Source: Candidatus Micrarchaeota archaeon (GTDB taxonomy: Archaea > Micrarchaeota > Micrarchaeia > Anstonellales > J096). From it: a stretch of 56,451 nt of DNA. The stretch covers positions 1 to 56,451 of the forward strand of contig WAKO01000009.1 of assembly GCA_015523325.1 (NCBI GenBank), written 5' to 3'. Under the pieces are notes generated by a model, which was not told the DNA's origin, ran no database searches, and saw only the letters and a program-made list of their open reading frames with translations. The position numbers and the translations under genes were made by a program. How positions within the stretch are numbered: the first letter of the stretch is position 1; each line of letters starts with the position of its first letter. Shown here one piece after another: positions 38,659-47,873 of this stretch.

Positions 38659-38674
38659 TGTAACCATAGTTACA
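38659..38674 (+). promoter_or_regulatory. 16-bp operator-like palindrome, copy A
   Basis: TGTAACCATAGTTACA (7 of 8 pairs match), 12 bp upstream of TTTAAAAACA; lies between divergent AK6 and the 1299-aa gene. Confidence 0.65.
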
Positions 38675-38719
38675 AAAAATGATATGTTTAAAAACACATC
38701 ATAACATTTATATAAAATA

Positions 38720-41700
38720 ATGTTTAACCACTATATAACAAAAAATACAACTCTATTTTTATTGATAATCTTCTTTTTAGCCAACACTGTTTATCCCTAT
38801 GAAATAAATTATTTGGAGATAGAAGAAAAACTCCCTCCATTTCCAAAAGATTTCGCACTCATTCAAAATCCTTCTGTTGTGGTTTATGAAGGAAATGAGC
38901 TTTACTTTAACCCTTCTTCAACAGCTCAAACAATAAATTCCTTAAAAGAAGTAGATTTTGGTTCAAGTAATTTTTATTCTACAAGAGCTTATGGAGCAAA
39001 TAATCAACATCAATATTATTTCAACCTAGCTCTTCAAAACTTTGAAAAATGTGAAGCTTTTTTCAGTGTAAATCAAAACTACGAGATGGAGTTTAGCCTT
39101 AACGAAAATTTAGACCAATCTACTCTAAAAACCCTCTACAATAGATATAGAAAGGAGCTTGAGTTATTTGGAATAAGGATAAATAGAGAAGTAACATATA
39201 TAGATCATGATGACCATACACATACTCAAGAGAGATATTATGTTATAAAAATAGATTCAACACTATCCTACAAGGATGCAGTAAACCCACTAACAAGAAC
39301 AGCAATAAGTGGTTTATTAACATTTGTTGAAACAATACCTACTTCCCTCTCATTTCTTCCAAGAACTCAAACACAAACAACAGTAGCTGAAAGTTGGAAC
39401 AACTGTGGAGAGTACAATGAAAACTATAAAAATGGGGTAGAATATTTAAGATCTTATTCTTCAATTCTACTGGGACAATTAAGAGAGGAGATTATAGCTC
39501 TAATGAATACTCATAAAGAACTAGATTATATAGGAGTATGTGATGAAAACTATACATGGAAAGGAAGTTCAATTTGTAGAAAAATTGAAGAAGAGCTATA
39601 CTCCATACAACAAGACCAATCCTTAACCTATAACAACATACTATTTAATATAGAAAAAGTAAACTTAGGAGAATTCAGTGGTTTCAACGGCCTTCTCTAC
39701 AACACCTCTGAATTAATAAAAAGAATAAAACCATTGAGAAAAGAAGCAAACCAAACACTATCTGAAATGACTGTTTATGTTGAGAACAGTGAAGTAACAA
39801 TTAATAATTATCTAGAAGATATAAGGGAATTAATAGAAGAACTAAGAAATGAAAAAATATATCTAATAGATGGATTCTATTCAAACCAAACCAACCCTGG
39901 AGAACTAAACATTAAAAACAAATTTTATGATCTAGAAAACAAACTATATTTACTGGAGGAAGAAGCAAGGGTAATTAAAAATCAAATAAATAACAGAGAA
40001 AGAGGTTGGCTAGCACAATCCTATTCAAGAAGCCAAGAGCTCATAAGTGAACTAATTCAAACAAAAGAAGAGGTTTTGAGTTTAAGGAGTACTTCAATAT
40101 CTACAGTAGAAAAATTCAGAGAGATTGTATTAAACTTAATAGAAAAATTAGAAGGAGAAGGAATTGATCTAAGTGGAGAAAGAGAGTTAATAACAAAAGG
40201 AGATAATGCAAAAGATTTGGGAACAAAATTCACTTACTATAGAGAGGCATTAAGCAGTATTCTTTATATTACTCAATTTGAAGGGAACACCTTAATCCAA
40301 ATGTATGAAGAACTAAAAGAGTCATTACCTTCTTTAATAGAGAGAGCCAAAATAGATCAAATAGATGTATCTTCAGAAGAAGCGCAACTCTCTTACTACC
40401 TTTCTTTAAATAATAAAAGCTTAGCCGTAAAAGGAATGATAGAGATAAGAGATAGTATAATAACTAAAGCAACATTACAGTACGGTGATTTAGGATTATT
40501 GAGAAAAAAACTTTACTCTTACTTGGATAAAAACCTTCCAATTACTTCAGAAATAAAAGCAGAACTTATGGAAAAAGAGAATGGAGTTGTATTTAACGGA
40601 AGGATAGATTTTGAAAGAGGAATAGGAAAACTAAGAGAACTTTACCTGTTTTACATTAATTCTATTTCAGAAATAGAAAACACCCTTCCTGAAGTGTTAG
40701 AAAATACCCTTGAAGTTGAATCCTATTTCAACATTCCCTATTATGAAGAGGAAGAAACAGAAATAAATGGGTATATTTCTATATTCAATCCTTCTACTTT
40801 TGAGGTAGAGGGAACAGTAGAAACCTATTCACCAATAAAACCTAATTCTCCAGAGGTTGTTGCTTATAATAATTGTATTGCTACTTTAAGGGTAAAAGTT
40901 GGACCTTATGAAACAAAGGTAATAAACGTAAATGAAGTAATAACTCCTATAAGAATAACAAATACAAATATAGAAGTAACGGGCAAAGATGGAACAACAT
41001 ATATAAAGAAGGAGTTATTGATAGAAACAAGAGTATGTGGAAACAGAATAAAACTTGATGATGACTACGATAAAGTTTCAAGTAACGAATTCAGAGTTGA
41101 GGGAAGTTATCTAGTAGGGGAATTCAGTCCTGGATTTTATTACGCAAAAGTTGAGAAACAAGAAGAAAATGGATATAGCATAAAAGTTACCTCAAGAAGC
41201 CTGGAAAAAACAGAAGAGGGAATATTTGAGAAAATAGAGTATGAGATAAATACAAACAGAAAACACGATTACATAGATATTGAAGGAAGATTTTCAAAAG
41301 CAGAAACAACAAAAGAATTCAAACTATTCACAGATAAAATAAGAATTTATGATGTTGTTGGAACAGAGAAAGTAATTCTCTTCAGAAAAATAAGTAGTGA
41401 AGAAAGTGAGATAATCAGGTTAGAACAACTACTTAGGCTAAATAACCTAACACAAGAAGAAGAAATAGAACTAGAAACTATACTAAACATAGAAAATCCA
41501 GAAGAAAAATTAGAACAATTATTAGAGTTGTATGGAAAAGTTGAAGAGAGAATTGAAGGAAAGGAGAAAGAAGAATATCTTGAAGAAAAAATAAGATCCA
41601 ATGTTGAAAAAGAAATAGAATTAGTTAGAAAAGGGATAGTATGTGCTCAAAACAACAACATACCTTATTTAGAAGAAAGCTATAGAGAGAGGTTAAATTT

Positions 41701-42619
41701 CCTAGAACAAAAAATATCAACAATTAACAACAGTGATGAAAAAATACTAAAAGAAATAGAAAAGGAATTAAATAAAGAAAGAAATTGGTTAGAAAAAACA
41801 CATAAGAGACTAGTTTCAGATGCGATAAAAGATTTTACAAAATCATATAAAGGATATGTCAAACTCAACATTCCAAACACAAACATTTCCTCTTTATCCG
41901 AAAAATTTGAATATTATATAGCAAGATATAACTCAAACCCGAAAGATCCTGAGAATGTATGTAATATAATAAAAATAAAAGACAGCATATCCTCTAAAGT
42001 TTCATTTCTAAGCATAAACATAAAAGAAGAAAAAACAAAGAAAATAAAGGAACTTGGAAAAGAAGCACAAAACCTAACCAAAGAAGTAACTCTTTTCATT
42101 TCAAAAGGAGAAAAGATACTTGGAAAAGAAACATTAAATAGAGTAGAACAAATAAAGAAGAGATTGGACAAGATAAATAAAGAACTTTCAAAAGGAGAAA
42201 AAGCAAACTTAAATTATGTGGAAAATGAAATTGAGACACTAAAATATGAAGCTGATCTATATAAGAGGGACTTAGAAAATCTAGCGGTAAAAACACTTAA
42301 TCAAGCAAAAACATATTTTGAGAGTATAAAAGATAAGATAAGAGAAGAAGATAGAAAAGCACTAGAAAATGCCTTATTAGAAGCAGAGGAAAAACTAGAA
42401 AACAATGAGTTTTTAGATGCAATAAGGTTAAGTAAAAATGTCAACAACTATAAACCTCCAAAACAAGAAGAATTACCATTAAAAGAAATGGCTCTTTTAG
42501 GAGTAATAATAGTATTAATAGTTGCCCTTTACTTGAAAGAATCTAAAAAGAAGAAGAATGAGAAAAAAGAGAGAAAAATAAAATTAAAGAGAATAACAGA
42601 CAGTGAAGAAACAGAATAA
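38720..42619 (+). CDS. Giant membrane-anchored surface protein (1299 aa)
   Basis: Signal peptide (TLFLLIIFFLANTVYP), helical/coiled-coil regions flanking a beta-rich middle, C-terminal TM (MALLGVIIVLIVALYL) and basic tail. Confidence 0.8.
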   Translation: MFNHYITKNTTLFLLIIFFLANTVYPYEINYLEIEEKLPPFPKDFALIQNPSVVVYEGNELYFNPSSTAQTINSLKEVDFGSSNFYSTRAYGANNQHQYYFNLALQNFEKCEAFFSVNQNYEMEFSLNENLDQSTLKTLYNRYRKELELFGIRINREVTYIDHDDHTHTQERYYVIKIDSTLSYKDAVNPLTRTAISGLLTFVETIPTSLSFLPRTQTQTTVAESWNNCGEYNENYKNGVEYLRSYSSILLGQLREEIIALMNTHKELDYIGVCDENYTWKGSSICRKIEEELYSIQQDQSLTYNNILFNIEKVNLGEFSGFNGLLYNTSELIKRIKPLRKEANQTLSEMTVYVENSEVTINNYLEDIRELIEELRNEKIYLIDGFYSNQTNPGELNIKNKFYDLENKLYLLEEEARVIKNQINNRERGWLAQSYSRSQELISELIQTKEEVLSLRSTSISTVEKFREIVLNLIEKLEGEGIDLSGERELITKGDNAKDLGTKFTYYREALSSILYITQFEGNTLIQMYEELKESLPSLIERAKIDQIDVSSEEAQLSYYLSLNNKSLAVKGMIEIRDSIITKATLQYGDLGLLRKKLYSYLDKNLPITSEIKAELMEKENGVVFNGRIDFERGIGKLRELYLFYINSISEIENTLPEVLENTLEVESYFNIPYYEEEETEINGYISIFNPSTFEVEGTVETYSPIKPNSPEVVAYNNCIATLRVKVGPYETKVINVNEVITPIRITNTNIEVTGKDGTTYIKKELLIETRVCGNRIKLDDDYDKVSSNEFRVEGSYLVGEFSPGFYYAKVEKQEENGYSIKVTSRSLEKTEEGIFEKIEYEINTNRKHDYIDIEGRFSKAETTKEFKLFTDKIRIYDVVGTEKVILFRKISSEESEIIRLEQLLRLNNLTQEEEIELETILNIENPEEKLEQLLELYGKVEERIEGKEKEEYLEEKIRSNVEKEIELVRKGIVCAQNNNIPYLEESYRERLNFLEQKISTINNSDEKILKEIEKELNKERNWLEKTHKRLVSDAIKDFTKSYKGYVKLNIPNTNISSLSEKFEYYIARYNSNPKDPENVCNIIKIKDSISSKVSFLSINIKEEKTKKIKELGKEAQNLTKEVTLFISKGEKILGKETLNRVEQIKKRLDKINKELSKGEKANLNYVENEIETLKYEADLYKRDLENLAVKTLNQAKTYFESIKDKIREEDRKALENALLEAEEKLENNEFLDAIRLSKNVNNYKPPKQEELPLKEMALLGVIIVLIVALYLKESKKKKNEKKERKIKLKRITDSEETE

Positions 42620-42650
42620 ACATTTTATTAAAAAAGAATTGAAAAATAAA

Positions 42651-44144
42651 TTAGTAAAAATCTGTTATTTTATATTGGCCTTTTTTATTTTTAGAGATAT
42701 CAATAACATCTTTTGAGTAAGAAATTTTTGTTTCTTTATTTTTTGGTTTTTCCAAACTTAATGCCTTAAGTTGTTTTTTCATTAATTTTTCTTTTTTTAC
42801 AGCAGCCCTATAGAAAGCTATTTCCAAAGTTGAAGAGGTTATTATATAATATACTTCTCCTTCTCTAAATCTACCAGTTCTTCCTTTCCTTTGAATAGAT
42901 CTTATCTCACTAGGAACTACATCAAAGAAAATAACTACATCAACATAAGGAATATCAATACCCTCTTCTCCAACACTAGAGGAAAGTAAAACACCTCCCT
43001 TCTCTCTAAACTCATTCAAAACCTCTTCTTGTTTCTTTTTTGTGAATCCTTTTCTCTTTCCAACAAACTTAAAAACAGTAAAACCACTATCCTTCAAAAA
43101 ATTATATGCTCTTTCAATACTATCTACATACTGGAAAAAAACAATTACCTTCTTGTTCTTATTCCTTAACAACAACTCTTTAAGTTTAAAGAACTTAGGA
43201 TGTAATTTTTCTTTGTTTTTATTTGCTATTTCCAAAACTTCCCTGAATAGAGAAGAACTAAATAAATAATTAACTGCTTTGCTTTTCTTTTTTTTAATCT
43301 TTTCAACATAAGATAGAAAATAACCAAAACCTTGGGTTTCCAAAATTTCCTTCATAAAAGTAAGCATGAAAAGAATAGAGTAGTGAGAACTAGCTTGATA
43401 AGAAAGATTTCCTAAATTTTTTATTTTATCAAAAAAAGATATAAGCTCTTTTTTATTAAGGCTTATTTTAAACCCTCTCTCTTTAAACCAATCTCTTTCT
43501 TTTTTAATCAATCTAGATATAAGGTCAATAACTTTCCTTAATTCTTCATCTAGTTCTACAAAAAACCATTTATTATTTTTAGTAAAAACAAATTCCTTAA
43601 TGTCTTCTTCATTACCTGTTCTTATCTCAACATTCTCTATCCTCAAATTTTTAATTACTTCATTTATTTTCTCTTTACTTCCTCCTGGAGAGGCTGTTAA
43701 ACCTATTACTAAACCTTCTCTATTTAACTCAAAAAACTTATTAGAAAGAATAACATAAGAATACTCTCCAACAGCCCTATGAGCTTCATCAAAAATAAAA
43801 ACAGGAAGTTTAAACAAATCAGAAAAAAAATCAATGTTTTTCTCTATTGTTTGAGGAGTAGCAAAAATAAACTTGGCTTTTTTGTAATAACCCCTATCCT
43901 TCACCTCTCCTGTTAGTAAAAAAGTTTTTTCTTTTAAAGAAGGGTACAACTTAATGAAATTTTTATAGTGCTGAGTTACTAATGGCTTGGTAGGAGCTAA
44001 AAAAGCACCCCCTCCTTTTTTAACCAAAACAACAAACCCTATAATAGTCTTTCCAGTTCCTGTAGGAAGAACAACCAATGTATTGCCATGATCTAAGATA
44101 CTTTTTATTATATTTTTTTGATAATCCCTCAACTCTATATTCAT
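42651..44144 (-). CDS. hef: Hef/FANCM-like SF2 helicase lacking the ERCC4 nuclease domain
   Basis: ELRDYQ, LPTGTGKT, LAPTKPLVTQH, DEAH, GLTASPG, EEGIDIP, IQRKGRTGR. Likely start MNIEL at 44144 (track starts at 44165). Confidence 0.88.
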   Translation of the reverse strand: MNIELRDYQKNIIKSILDHGNTLVVLPTGTGKTIIGFVVLVKKGGGAFLAPTKPLVTQHYKNFIKLYPSLKEKTFLLTGEVKDRGYYKKAKFIFATPQTIEKNIDFFSDLFKLPVFIFDEAHRAVGEYSYVILSNKFFELNREGLVIGLTASPGGSKEKINEVIKNLRIENVEIRTGNEEDIKEFVFTKNNKWFFVELDEELRKVIDLISRLIKKERDWFKERGFKISLNKKELISFFDKIKNLGNLSYQASSHYSILFMLTFMKEILETQGFGYFLSYVEKIKKKKSKAVNYLFSSSLFREVLEIANKNKEKLHPKFFKLKELLLRNKNKKVIVFFQYVDSIERAYNFLKDSGFTVFKFVGKRKGFTKKKQEEVLNEFREKGGVLLSSSVGEEGIDIPYVDVVIFFDVVPSEIRSIQRKGRTGRFREGEVYYIITSSTLEIAFYRAAVKKEKLMKKQLKALSLEKPKNKETKISYSKDVIDISKNKKGQYKITDFY

Positions 44145-44211
44145 ACCCTCTCCCTGTAGTTCCACTATTTCTAGGTTGAACCCAATTGTTTTTAAAAGGA
44201 ATTTAATATTA

Positions 44212-44227
44212 TGTAACTATGGTTACA
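44212..44227 (-). promoter_or_regulatory. 16-bp operator-like palindrome, copy B (inverted)
   Basis: Plus strand TGTAACTATGGTTACA is the exact reverse complement of copy A. On the minus strand it lies 15 bp upstream of TTTAAAAACA. It overlaps the ATG at 44219. Confidence 0.65.
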
Positions 44228-44476
44228 CTATATATCTATGACATCTCAGCTAAAGATAAAAAGAGATTCAACAAAATAAAGAGAAACTTTTATTATCATT
44301 TAAACAAGATTTTAGAAAACATAGAAGGGAATGATGTTTATTTAATTTCAAAGTCTGTGTTGGTTGTTGAAAATAAATTTCTAGAAAATAGTTTTGATTT
44401 ATTATTTAGAAAGTTTATCAAAGATGTTAAATGCTTTAAAGTAGATGTTAATAACATTGAACAGATTTCCATGTAA
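44219..44476 (+). CDS. Stand-alone Cas2/VapD-like small protein
   Basis: LYIYDIS first strand with the conserved Asp, basic helix KKRFNKIKR, xKSV strand turn; 85 aa with a ferredoxin-like pattern. No cas1 or array in the window. Confidence 0.6.
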   Translation: MVTLYIYDISAKDKKRFNKIKRNFYYHLNKILENIEGNDVYLISKSVLVVENKFLENSFDLLFRKFIKDVKCFKVDVNNIEQISM

Positions 44477-44574
44477 GCTCAAATACATGTAATATACTTG
44501 AACAAAGATAATAAAAACAAAACAATGAAAAGAACTAAAAGAATGACCTAATCTTACCAACAATTACTTAACAT

Positions 44575-46197
44575 CTACCAATAGCGGAATTCTAGGGGGA
44601 GGGTTATTTCACAAAAAACCATTGGTAAATAAACTTTAAAGTATTCATTCACTTTTGGGTGTATCTCTCCTACAACAGCAGAAACCTCCTTTTCTTTATT
44701 TTTTTCTGAATTATTTATTTTGAAGACTATTTTATAAGCTCTACCTTCTATAAATATTTTTAGATATTCTTCTTTCTCCTTTCTTTTATCTTTAGCTAGA
44801 AATGTAACACTAACAATCTCCCATCCCATTTCCTCACTAATTCTCTTTAAGACTTCAAAACCCTCTTTCAAATTAACTTCTTTATTTGCTATTACAAATC
44901 CTATTTTTGTTCTTTCCTCTTTTTCTAAAACCTTTCCAATTTCAAAGAACTTTAATGGCAATCTCTCTTTTTTATTTTCTTGAATATTTTTAATTAAACC
45001 AAAAACTAAACTAGGTCTTATTGAATTGTGTTCTTCTGAAACAGCTTTCTCTATTTTAAGCTTTTCTTTAAACCCTATTTTTTCTATATCTTTTCTTGAG
45101 ATTAAGTAGAAGTTATAAGCCTCATAAAAACCCATGTTTGAGAAAATACTTTTTATTATTTCTATCTCTTCATTTAGCTCTCCTTCTTGATAAAGATTTA
45201 GCTCTCCTTCTTTTATATTTTCATACCCATAAGCTATAGCTAAATCTTCAGCAATATCTGTAAAATCAAAAAAATCTACTCTGTAAGGAGGAATCAACAC
45301 TTCTCCTTTTTCTAAAAACAACCCCATTTTTCTCAATAACTTTGAGGTGTTTTTTATCTCAAACCCTAACAATTTCTCTATCTTTTCTTTTTCAAATTTT
45401 AATTTTTCATACTTATAATTTAGACTTAAATTTCCTGTACTCTTTTCAATCAAAGGATAAGCTTTTCCCCCTCTATCAATTAATTCTGTTATTATTATGT
45501 TTGCTATTTTTTCTACACTTTCTTTATGAGTTCCAGTTACATCTATTAGGAAGTTCTCGGTTTTTTCAGTTATTTTTGTTCTTTCGCTATTTATTATTGG
45601 AGGAAAAGATATAACCCCCTTTTTATCATAAAGCATTGGATACTTTCTAGGTTTTACTAAATGCTTATATTCAATTCCTTTTTCATGTTTCTCAAGTATT
45701 TCACCAACACTCATCTTTTCTTCTTTTTCAAGGGGTATGAATTTTTCTTCATTTACTTCTTTATAGGTTATTGGCAACTCGATTTTATCAAAGTCGTGAA
45801 CTCCTATTGCTACTTTTTTCCTGTTCCTTCCTATTGTTGAATGAAGTTTCTCTTGAAGATCAATTAAACTTTCTAATAAGTATTCCTTTTCCTTTACTCC
45901 TTTAATCACACATAAGTTTATGAATGGTCTTGTTTCTACCTTCTCTAGTGTGAATTCCCCACAAGGATTTTCAATAGAATAGATCTTAGGTTCTTTTTTT
46001 TCTTTATAATTAATGATAGCTCTTTCAATCCCCTTCCATCCCAATAAATCAGGCCTGTTTGGAGTTATCTCTATATAAAAATTTTCTTCTTCAACTTCTG
46101 TAGGAAATCCCATTTTGTTTAGCGTTTCAATTATTTCTAATTCGTTTAATGAAGTCTTTTTTTTCAAATAAATTATAGGTATTTCTATAACTGCCAT
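44575..46197 (-). CDS. pheT: Phenylalanine--tRNA ligase beta subunit
   Basis: EITPNRPDLL, LIDLQEKLHSTIGRNRKKVAIGVHD, SFPPIINS, PPYRVDF...DIAEDLAIAYGY. Confidence 0.95.
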   Translation of the reverse strand: MAVIEIPIIYLKKKTSLNELEIIETLNKMGFPTEVEEENFYIEITPNRPDLLGWKGIERAIINYKEKKEPKIYSIENPCGEFTLEKVETRPFINLCVIKGVKEKEYLLESLIDLQEKLHSTIGRNRKKVAIGVHDFDKIELPITYKEVNEEKFIPLEKEEKMSVGEILEKHEKGIEYKHLVKPRKYPMLYDKKGVISFPPIINSERTKITEKTENFLIDVTGTHKESVEKIANIIITELIDRGGKAYPLIEKSTGNLSLNYKYEKLKFEKEKIEKLLGFEIKNTSKLLRKMGLFLEKGEVLIPPYRVDFFDFTDIAEDLAIAYGYENIKEGELNLYQEGELNEEIEIIKSIFSNMGFYEAYNFYLISRKDIEKIGFKEKLKIEKAVSEEHNSIRPSLVFGLIKNIQENKKERLPLKFFEIGKVLEKEERTKIGFVIANKEVNLKEGFEVLKRISEEMGWEIVSVTFLAKDKRKEKEEYLKIFIEGRAYKIVFKINNSEKNKEKEVSAVVGEIHPKVNEYFKVYLPMVFCEITLPLEFRYW

Positions 46198-46230
46198 TAA
46201 TTCATCTTTTTCTTACTAATTTTTAAAAGC

Positions 46231-47043
46231 TTATTTAACTTTTCTAATAAAAAACCTTCCTGTTGGTAGCATTGAGCTTATTTTTTCTTTTTTGACTTTA
46301 TAATACTCAGCTAGCTCTTTACATACAGACTCTTTTTTTAACCTTCCGGGTTTTAAAATAACTTCTTTTTTTAACTTTATTTTACTGACTGAAGGAACAA
46401 CAATTAAGCTTCCATATTCTTTCTTATTTTCTAAAGGTTCTCCAATTCTTAAAATTAACTGGAGATTTTTAAACCATCTTCTTTCTCCAACTATAAAGAA
46501 GCTTCCTTTTTCAGCTTTTTTCCCCAAATGGGTTTTTTTAACCCCTTCTTTCTCCACATAATAGGAGGAAATCCTACTGTATCCTTCTTTCCAAGCTTTG
46601 CTAAAACAAGCAGAAAATTGGCTAGCTTCAAGCAATTCTTGAGGAGAAGCTTCTTTTCCTTTTTTTAGGATTGTTACACTCCCTCCTATTATATCAGCAT
46701 GAAAAAACAGATCTTTTGCCTCAAAGTACTTTGCAAATATTAACTCATTCTGTTCTTGGTTTTTTCCACCTATAATTAGTTTTCCTTCAGAAGTGAAACT
46801 CCAGTAGAAATTTTCAAACCACCTTTTTTCCTCATCACTCTCATTTTCCTTTATTTCTTTTTTTTCTTCTTTAGCCTTCTCTTTTTTTACTTTTTTTAGC
46901 GCCAGTTCAGCATTCTGTTTTTTCTTCCTAAGTTTTTTAAGCTCTTCATAAATTTGTGAAATGTTCTCATAAAAGCTCTTTTTGTAGTTCAACTCTACCT
47001 TTATCTCTTTTTTGCTTTTTTCCATTCTTTTTAAATCTCTCAA
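46231..47043 (-). CDS. NFACT RNA-binding (DUF814) domain protein, short Rqc2/NEMF-like
   Basis: Coiled-coil, then WFENFYW..TSEGKLIIGGKNQEQNE...DLFFHADIIGG, SKAWK, KGSFFIVGER. No NFACT-N/HhH region. Confidence 0.88.
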   Translation of the reverse strand: MRDLKRMEKSKKEIKVELNYKKSFYENISQIYEELKKLRKKKQNAELALKKVKKEKAKEEKKEIKENESDEEKRWFENFYWSFTSEGKLIIGGKNQEQNELIFAKYFEAKDLFFHADIIGGSVTILKKGKEASPQELLEASQFSACFSKAWKEGYSRISSYYVEKEGVKKTHLGKKAEKGSFFIVGERRWFKNLQLILRIGEPLENKKEYGSLIVVPSVSKIKLKKEVILKPGRLKKESVCKELAEYYKVKKEKISSMLPTGRFFIRKVK

Positions 47044-47079
47044 ATTAGAATTTAAACTTATCTGTGTTAATAAAGAATT

Positions 47080-47856
47080 ATGGAAGATACCTCCTATAAT
47101 AAGTTTTTACTCAACACAGCAATTGCTTTGGCTTATAAAGCTGGAGCAGTTCTAAGAAGGTCTTTCTTTACAGATAATTTTGAAGTAAGATTTAAGGAAG
47201 ATGGCACTAAGGTTACTTCTGTGGATATTGAAGTGGAGAAGATGATAAAGGATGAGATAACTAAGACATTTCCTTCTCATAAATTTTTTGGAGAGGAGAG
47301 TGAAAAGGAGGAGGGGGAAAATACATGGTATGTAGACCCTATTGATGGAACTTCTAATTTTATTAAGAAAGTTCCTTTTTTCACAACCTCTATAGGTTTT
47401 GAGAGCCCCAACCACTCTTTTGGTGTTGTTTATTCCCCAATAACAGATGAGCTCTTCTATTCTTTTGAAAATTCATACTTGAATGGAAATCTTATTTCAG
47501 ATGTAGAAGGGGAAAAGGATGAATCAAAACTGCAAATTGGTTTTTGCCATTCAAAAGATAGAAAAATTTTAGAGGACGTAATCAAGTTTTACTCTGTGTT
47601 TAAGAAAAGGTTTGGAGAAACTAGGAAGTTTGGAGCAACATCTTTAGAGATGTGTTATGTTGCTTGTTCAAGGTTGGATGCTTTTGTTGGAATAAACATT
47701 TCCCTATGGGATTTTAAAGCATCTTACCACATTTGTAAAAAAGCCGGACTAGTGGTTAAGGAGCTTGAGTTCAATAACCTCTCTGTGTTGATGTGCTCTA
47801 AAAGGAGTTATGTTGATTTGATAGAAGGGGCTTTGGAGGAAATTTTTAATAACTAA
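47080..47856 (+). CDS. suhB: Inositol monophosphatase family protein (IMPase/FBPase)
   Basis: VTSVDIEVE, GEES, WYVDPIDGTSNF, GATSLEMCYVA, WD. Confidence 0.92.
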   Translation: MEDTSYNKFLLNTAIALAYKAGAVLRRSFFTDNFEVRFKEDGTKVTSVDIEVEKMIKDEITKTFPSHKFFGEESEKEEGENTWYVDPIDGTSNFIKKVPFFTTSIGFESPNHSFGVVYSPITDELFYSFENSYLNGNLISDVEGEKDESKLQIGFCHSKDRKILEDVIKFYSVFKKRFGETRKFGATSLEMCYVACSRLDAFVGINISLWDFKASYHICKKAGLVVKELEFNNLSVLMCSKRSYVDLIEGALEEIFNN

Positions 47857-47873
47857 ATTGGTTTTGATTTTAG

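Noticed and set aside
44219-44575. CRISPR array or cas operon near the Cas2-like gene
   Set aside because: No regularly spaced 25-40 bp repeats and no cas1, cas3 or cas4-like ORF anywhere in the window.
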